64,000 bases of DNA, taken from assembly GCA_018240295.1 (NCBI GenBank), contig JAFEGB010000326.1:94-64093 (forward strand). The letters are read 5' to 3'. A program made the position numbers and the translations under genes. The notes below the pieces were generated by a model. It ran no database searches. It was given only the letters and a program-made list of their open reading frames with translations, and was not told the origin of the DNA. The stretch comes from Pseudomonadota bacterium. Its GTDB lineage: Bacteria > Pseudomonadota > Gammaproteobacteria > Competibacterales > Competibacteraceae. Positions 59,009 to 64,000 of this stretch are shown piece after piece. Each line of letters begins with the position of its first letter. Positions within the stretch are counted from its first letter, which is position 1.

Positions 59009-59749
59009 ATGGGCAAGGTGGCAATCGTTACGGGCGGCATCGGTGGCCTGGGAACCGCGATGTGCAAGGCGCTGTGCGCCCAGGGCCGTACCGTCGTGGC
59101 GGCCTACTACCCCGCCGAGGCCGACAAGGCTGCGGAATGGCAGAAGGCCCGCAAGGAAGAAGGTCTGGACATCGCCGTCTATCCGGTGGACGTGAGCGAC
59201 CTCGAAAGCTGCGCGCAGCTCGTCGCCAAGGTCGAGGCCGACCTCGGTCCGGTCGAGATCCTGGTCAACAACGCCGGCATCACGCGCGATTCCGTGTTCA
59301 AGCGCATGACCGACGCCCAGTGGCTGGCCGTCATCAACACGAACCTGAACAGCCTGTTCAACATGACCAAGCCGGTGTTCGAGAAGATGACCTCGCGCGG
59401 CTGGGGCCGGATCATCAACATCTCGTCGGTCAACGGCCAGAAGGGCCAGTTCGGCCAGGCCAACTACTCGGCCGCCAAGGCCGGTGCGCACGGCTTCACG
59501 ATGGCGCTGGCGCAGGAAGGCGCCAAGGCCGGCGTGACTGTCAACACCATCTCGCCGGGCTACATCGGCACCGACATGGTCATGGCCATCGCCGAGGAAG
59601 TCCGCAACAAGATCATCGCGACGATCCCGGTCGGCCGTCTCGGCACGCCGGAAGACATCGCGCGCACGGTCGCCTTCCTGGCCGATGACGAAGCCGGCTT
59701 CATCACCGGCGCCGACATGTACGTCAACGGCGGTCTGTACATCCACTGA
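59009..59749 (+). CDS. phaB: Acetoacetyl-CoA reductase (SDR family, PhaB/PhbB-like)
   Basis: 246 aa, collinear with PhaB as I remember it: VTGGIGGLGTA, NNAGITRD, GRIINISSVNGQKGQFGQANYSAAKAG, VNTISPGYIGTDMV, NGGLYIH. Confidence 0.9.
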   Translation: MGKVAIVTGGIGGLGTAMCKALCAQGRTVVAAYYPAEADKAAEWQKARKEEGLDIAVYPVDVSDLESCAQLVAKVEADLGPVEILVNNAGITRDSVFKRMTDAQWLAVINTNLNSLFNMTKPVFEKMTSRGWGRIINISSVNGQKGQFGQANYSAAKAGAHGFTMALAQEGAKAGVTVNTISPGYIGTDMVMAIAEEVRNKIIATIPVGRLGTPEDIARTVAFLADDEAGFITGADMYVNGGLYIH

Positions 59750-59793
59750 TCGTCCGACCGGCCGGCGCCGCAGCGCCGCAAGCGTCAGACCCC

Positions 59794-59828
59794 GACACCG
59801 TCCGGATTCCCGGACGGTGTCTTTTTTT
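59794..59828 (+). terminator. Rho-independent terminator after the reductase gene
   Basis: gacaccgtccgg-attc-ccggacggtgtc (12-bp stem) followed by 7 T. Confidence 0.9.
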
Positions 59829-59912
59829 CCGGACGGCGCCGGCACGCCCGCGGAAATTCAAAAAAATTCAGCCGCGCCCGCACAAATCCAAGCCGATACG
59901 GCTGCCGCCGTA

Positions 59913-59936
59913 CCGGACGTGTCCGGAAATCCGGAC
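59913..59936. promoter_or_regulatory. Candidate enhancer (UAS): overlapping palindromes CCGGAC-gt-GTCCGG and GTCCGGA-aa-TCCGGAC
   Basis: Read directly, 76-99 nt upstream of the -24 element at 60012. Separated from it by a ~42-nt stretch with only 6 G/C by my count (about 59963-60005), the usual position of an IHF bend. Confidence 0.5.
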
Positions 59937-60011
59937 GGAGGGCTGGCGGCAAGCATGCAGGTCTGTTCTTTAATTCATTAAAAAACAATAAGTTGTATTT
60001 TAATTGCCGGC

Positions 60012-60026
60012 TGGCACGGTGCTTGG
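60012..60026 (+). promoter_or_regulatory. Sigma-54 promoter (TGGCAC-N5-TTGG) upstream of the gntP-usp-CoA-transferase genes
   Basis: TGGCACGGTGCTTGG has a perfect -24 box. The -12 box is TTGG instead of TTGC. It lies 62 nt upstream of the GTG at 60088. Confidence 0.6.
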
Positions 60027-60087
60027 CTCATGGAAGTCAGCCCCCGGGTGCAAAGGGGGCATTCGTCCACCACCGAAGGAGCCCACC

Positions 60088-61473
60088 GTGCTCGGCATAC
60101 TTGGCATCGTGCTGTCCCTGGCCTTGCTGATCTTTCTCGCGTACCGCGGCTGGAACGTCATCTTCATCGCGCCGTTCTGTGCCACCGTGGCGCTGCTGTT
60201 CAACTGGGGTGACGCGCCGCTGCTCGCGACCTACACCCAGACCTTCATGCCGGCGCTCGGCAACTACTTCGCCAAGTTCTTCCCGCTGTTCCTGCTCGGC
60301 GCGGTGTTCGGCAAGCTGATGGATGATTCGGGCTCGGCCCGCGCGATCGCGCACAAGATCGTGCAGCTGGTCGGGCGCGAGCGCTCGATGCTCGCGGTGG
60401 TGCTGGCCTGCGCGATCCTGACCTACGGCGGCGTGTCGCTGTTCGTCGTCGCCTTCTCGGTGTATCCGATCGCGGTGTCGCTGTTCCGGGAGTCCGGCAT
60501 TCCCAAGCGCCTGATCCCGGCGGCGATCGGCCTCGGCTCGTTCACGTTCACGATGACGGCGCTGCCCGGCACGCCGGCGATCCAGAACGCCATCCCGATG
60601 CCGTTCTTCGGCACCAACACCTTCGCCGCGCCCGGCCTCGGCATCATCGCCGGCGTGTTCATGTTCGCGTTCGGCCAGTTCTGGCTGAACCGCCGCGTCG
60701 CCCAGGCCCGCGCCCGCGGCGAAGGCTACGGCAACCACGAGGATGCGCTGAGTCAGGCTGCCGAGCAGGGCATGCCGCCGTTCTGGCTGGCGCTGCTGCC
60801 GATCGTCGTCGTCATCGTGCTGAACTACATCGCCACCAGCTATGTGATCCCGGCGATGGACACCGCGTATCTGGCGACCGACAAGTTCAAGAAGACGCCG
60901 CTGTCGGCCGTGCTCGGCATCTGGTCGATCATCCTCGCGATGCTGGTGGCGATCACCCTGGTGGCCGTGCTCAACCGCAAGCGCATCGCCAACCTGCTCG
61001 ACACCTTCAACAAGGGCACGATGGGTTCGCTGCTGCCGATGGCCAACGTCGCCTCGGAAGTCGCCTACGGCGCGGTGATCGCGAGCCTGGCCGCGTTCGC
61101 GATCGTGCGCGAGGGCCTGAAGTCGGTCGCCTCCGATCCGGTGACCTCGCTGTTCATCGTGGTCACGGTGCTCGCCGGCATGACCGGTTCGGCCTCCGGC
61201 GGCATGAGTCTCGCGCTCGGGGCGATGGGTGAGTACTACGCTCATGCGGCACAGGCGGCCGGCATCAACCCCGAGATCATGCACCGCATCGCGGCCCTGG
61301 GCTCGGCGGCGATGGACATCCTGCCGCACAACGGCGCCGTCATCACGCTGCTCGCCATCTGCTCGCTGACGCACCGGGAGTCGTACCTCGACCTGTTCAT
61401 GGTCGGATCGCTGTCGGCGCTGCTGTCGAGCGTGCTGGTGCTCGGGCTGAACGCCGTGTTCGGCACCTTCTGA
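60088..61473 (+). CDS. GntP-family anion:H+ permease (candidate hydroxy-acid/3-hydroxybutyrate transporter)
   Basis: Track ORF 60004..61473(+) trimmed to the GTG at 60088 (GAAGGAG Shine-Dalgarno 7 nt upstream). Starts (M)LGILGIVLSLALLIFLAYRGWNVIFIAP. About 12-13 TM helices, GntP-like. Confidence 0.8.
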   Translation: MLGILGIVLSLALLIFLAYRGWNVIFIAPFCATVALLFNWGDAPLLATYTQTFMPALGNYFAKFFPLFLLGAVFGKLMDDSGSARAIAHKIVQLVGRERSMLAVVLACAILTYGGVSLFVVAFSVYPIAVSLFRESGIPKRLIPAAIGLGSFTFTMTALPGTPAIQNAIPMPFFGTNTFAAPGLGIIAGVFMFAFGQFWLNRRVAQARARGEGYGNHEDALSQAAEQGMPPFWLALLPIVVVIVLNYIATSYVIPAMDTAYLATDKFKKTPLSAVLGIWSIILAMLVAITLVAVLNRKRIANLLDTFNKGTMGSLLPMANVASEVAYGAVIASLAAFAIVREGLKSVASDPVTSLFIVVTVLAGMTGSASGGMSLALGAMGEYYAHAAQAAGINPEIMHRIAALGSAAMDILPHNGAVITLLAICSLTHRESYLDLFMVGSLSALLSSVLVLGLNAVFGTF

Positions 61474-61496
61474 GGCGGACGGAGGCGGAGACAGCC

Positions 61497-61994
61497 ATGA
61501 CCTACCGACATGTCCTGCTTGCGGCGGAATTCGATGCGGTCGGCCCGCGGATGCTGGCGCGGGTCAGCGAACTGCTGCGCTACGGCGCCCCGCGCCTGAC
61601 CCTGCTGCACGTCGTCGACGAGCGCAGCGAAGGCGGCAGTGAGCTGCTGCCGACGGTGGCCGGCACGCCCGAGCCGCACCGGCTGGTCGTGCCCCAGGGC
61701 ACCGAGGAAAACCTGCCGCTGGAATCCGACACCGAGACCCGGCTCGACGAGGCCGCCGCACGCTTCCTGCAGTCGCTGGCGCAGCGCCTCGGCGTGCCGG
61801 GTGCGCAGCTGCGGGTCGTGGCCTCGACCTCGGTCAGCACGGCGATCATCGCCGAGGCGCGTGCCGCGGGCGTCGACCTGATCATCGTCGGCCATCACGA
61901 CCGCCACTGGCTGGACTGGCTGGTTGCCGGCACGGCCGAACGGGTGGTCGGTGCGGCGGTCTGCGACGTGCTGGTCCTGCATACGGCCGACTGA
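61497..61994 (+). CDS. Universal stress protein (UspA family)
   Basis: 165 aa. Motifs: [31 protein letters not shown], and the C-terminal VLVL motif. Confidence 0.8.
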   Translation: MTYRHVLLAAEFDAVGPRMLARVSELLRYGAPRLTLLHVVDERSEGGSELLPTVAGTPEPHRLVVPQGTEENLPLESDTETRLDEAAARFLQSLAQRLGVPGAQLRVVASTSVSTAIIAEARAAGVDLIIVGHHDRHWLDWLVAGTAERVVGAAVCDVLVLHTAD

Positions 61995-62100
61995 GGTCCG
62001 GCGACGGCCTCCACTGACTGCGGAGCGGCATCCGGCCGCTCCACATCCAATACATTGCCGCACCAGCCGGCATCATTCCAAAGGGAAGGAGAGGGCATCC

Positions 62101-64000
62101 ATGGGTCCACATCCGCATCCGCTGCTCGCCGGCCAGCCGCTGGCCCCGAAGGGCAAGGTGGTCACCGCCGCCGAGGCCGTGCGCCTGATCCGCGACGGCG
62201 ACACGCTCGGCACCGGCGGCTTCGTCGGCATCGGCTTTGCCGAAGGCCTCGCCTGTGCGCTGGAACGGCGCTTTCTCGAAACCGGCGAGCCGCGCAACTT
62301 GCGGCTCGTGTACGCGGCCGGGCAGGGCGACGGCGCCGAGCGCGGCCTGAATCATCTCGGCCACGAGGGGCTGGTCGACTCCGTGGTCGGCGGGCACTGG
62401 GGGCTGGTGCCGAAGCTGCAGAAGCTCGCGATCGACGGTCGCATCAGCGCCTGGAACCTGCCGCAGGGCGTGATCACGCACCTGTTCCGCGACATCGCCG
62501 CCGGCAAGCCCGGCACGCTGACCCGCGTCGGGCTCGGCACCTTCGTCGACCCCGAGTTCGGCGGCGGCAAGCTGAACGAGCGCACCACCGAGGAGCTGGT
62601 CCGGCGCCTGCCGATCGACGGCGAGGACTACCTGTTCTACAAGGCCTTCCCGATCAACGCCTGCTTCCTGCGCGGCACGACCGGTGACCCGGACGGCAAC
62701 ATCACGATGGAGCGCGAGGCGCTGACGCTCGAAGCGCTGGCGCTCGCGACCGCGACGCGCAACAGCGGCGGCATCGTCATCGTGCAGGTCGAGCGCATCG
62801 CCGAGCGCGGTTCGCTGTCGGCACGCCAGGTCAAGATTCCGGGCATCCTCGTCGACTGCGTGGTGGTCGCCGAGGCGCGCGAGCACCAGCAGACCTTCGC
62901 CGAGCCCTACAGCCCGGCGTTCTCGGGCGAGATCCGCGTGCCGGTGACCGGCATCGCGCCACTCGCGCTCAACGAGCGCAAGCTGATCGCGCGCCGTGCC
63001 GCCTTCGAGCTGCGACCGAACGCCGTCGTCAACCTCGGCATCGGCATGCCCGAGGGCATCGCCGGCGTCGCCAACGAGGAGCAGGTGCTCGAACTGCTGA
63101 CGCTGACCACCGAGCCCGGCGTGATCGGCGGCCTGCCGGCCTCGGGCCTGAACTTCGGGGCGGCGGTCAACACCCAGGCGATCATCGACCAGCCCTCGCA
63201 GTTCGACTTCTACGACGGCGGCGGGCTCGACATCGCCTTCCTTGGCCTCGCGCAGGCCGATGCCGAGGGCAACCTGAACGTCAGCAAGTTCGGACCGCGC
63301 CTGGCCGGGGCCGGCGGCTTCATCAACATCAGCCAGAACGCCAAGCGCGTGGTGTTCGTCGGCACCTTCACGGCCGGCGGCCTCAGGCTCGCGATCGGGA
63401 ACGGGCAGCTGCACATCGAGCAGGAAGGCCGCGAGCGCAAGTTCGTGCGCGCCGTCGAGCACCGCACCTACAGCGGTCCGGTCGCCGCCGCGCGCGGGCA
63501 GAAGGCGCTGTACGTGACCGAGCGCTGCGTGTTCGAGCTGAGCGCGGGCGGGCTGGTGCTGACCGAGGTCGCCCCCGGCATCGACATCGAGCGCGACATC
63601 CTCGCGCACATGGACTTCGCGCCGCTGATCCCGCAGCCGCCGCGACTGATGGATGCGCGCATCTTCCTGCCGGCGACGATGGGCCTGCGCGCCGGGCTGC
63701 TGGAGCTGCCGCTGGAACAACGCTTCACGTACGATGCCGCGCAGAATCTGTTCTTCATAGATTTCGGCGGCTACCATGTCGCCCGCCCCGAACAGATCGA
63801 AGCGATCCGCGGGGTGGTCGAGACGCGGCTGGGACACCTCGACAAACGCGTCGACACCATCGTCAACTACGACGACTTCAGCATCGCCCCGGAACTGCTT
63901 GACGCCTATATCGAAATGGTCAGGGACGTGGTCGGGCGCTTCTATTCGGGCGTCACCCGTTACACGACCAATGCCTTCCTGCGCATGAAACTCGGCCGCG
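62101..64000 (+). CDS. Family-I acyl-CoA:acetate/3-ketoacid CoA-transferase (YdiF-like fused alpha/beta) with extra C-terminal domain; 3' end outside the window
   Basis: Not in the ORF track because no stop is reached. I translated 62101-64000 codon by codon and found no stop. AGGAGAG Shine-Dalgarno. [43 protein letters not shown]; the catalytic-Glu region [12 protein letters not shown]; [13 protein letters not shown]. Continues past about codon 535 into [21 protein letters not shown]...[15 protein letters not shown]. Confidence 0.8.
   Translation, partial: MGPHPHPLLAGQPLAPKGKVVTAAEAVRLIRDGDTLGTGGFVGIGFAEGLACALERRFLETGEPRNLRLVYAAGQGDGAERGLNHLGHEGLVDSVVGGHWGLVPKLQKLAIDGRISAWNLPQGVITHLFRDIAAGKPGTLTRVGLGTFVDPEFGGGKLNERTTEELVRRLPIDGEDYLFYKAFPINACFLRGTTGDPDGNITMEREALTLEALALATATRNSGGIVIVQVERIAERGSLSARQVKIPGILVDCVVVAEAREHQQTFAEPYSPAFSGEIRVPVTGIAPLALNERKLIARRAAFELRPNAVVNLGIGMPEGIAGVANEEQVLELLTLTTEPGVIGGLPASGLNFGAAVNTQAIIDQPSQFDFYDGGGLDIAFLGLAQADAEGNLNVSKFGPRLAGAGGFINISQNAKRVVFVGTFTAGGLRLAIGNGQLHIEQEGRERKFVRAVEHRTYSGPVAAARGQKALYVTERCVFELSAGGLVLTEVAPGIDIERDILAHMDFAPLIPQPPRLMDARIFLPATMGLRAGLLELPLEQRFTYDAAQNLFFIDFGGYHVARPEQIEAIRGVVETRLGHLDKRVDTIVNYDDFSIAPELLDAYIEMVRDVVGRFYSGVTRYTTNAFLRMKLGR

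Noticed and set aside
62055-62687. Track ORF 62055..62687(+) (210 aa, Arg-rich) as the gene after usp.
   Set aside because: The overlapping frame starting at ATG 62101 has a strong Shine-Dalgarno and a clear CoA-transferase translation, and it stays open to the window end. The 62055 frame is compositional noise.

Overview
The window is a very GC-rich chromosomal segment. Gene content and synteny look betaproteobacterial (Rhodocyclales-like), but that placement is an inference. All product calls come from reading the supplied translations by eye; no searches were run. Stop codons are rare at this GC content, so every real gene is shadowed by long Arg/Ala/Pro-rich ORFs in other frames. I trimmed several track ORFs to internal starts with plausible N-termini or Shine-Dalgarno sequences.

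Gene order:
- tctCBA transporter plus a LysR regulator
- a polyamine catabolic locus (spuC, puuC, puuD, GntR regulator, puuA), split by an ECF sigma / anti-sigma / cupredoxin / Tat-phosphoesterase operon
- a GNAT acetyltransferase
- regBA
- a TonB-dependent receptor divergent from ycnI-copCD
- a DsbA-like isomerase and a PaaI thioesterase
- tRNA-Cys, tRNA-Gly, pgsA, uvrC
- two PEP-CTERM proteins flanking a PrsT-like TPR protein
- pyrD and rnt
- an unusual envelope cluster (33.3-42.3 kb)
- moaD-moaE with a ThiF-nitroreductase fusion
- exonuclease, DUF294, actP, yjcH
- a PAS-rich hybrid kinase
- rapA and a LysR regulator
- a sigma-54 module (activator, phaB-like reductase, GntP permease, Usp, CoA-transferase running off the window end)

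No CRISPR arrays, transposases, integrases or rRNA genes were seen.

The best candidate for new biology is at 33306-42275. A single 1618-codon ORF fuses an AcrB-type RND permease to a MacB/LolC-type FtsX permease. Around it sit a second FtsX permease, a LolA-like periplasmic protein, a LolD/MacB-type ATPase and a DUF1302 outer-membrane barrel. No membrane-fusion protein or TolC gene is present.
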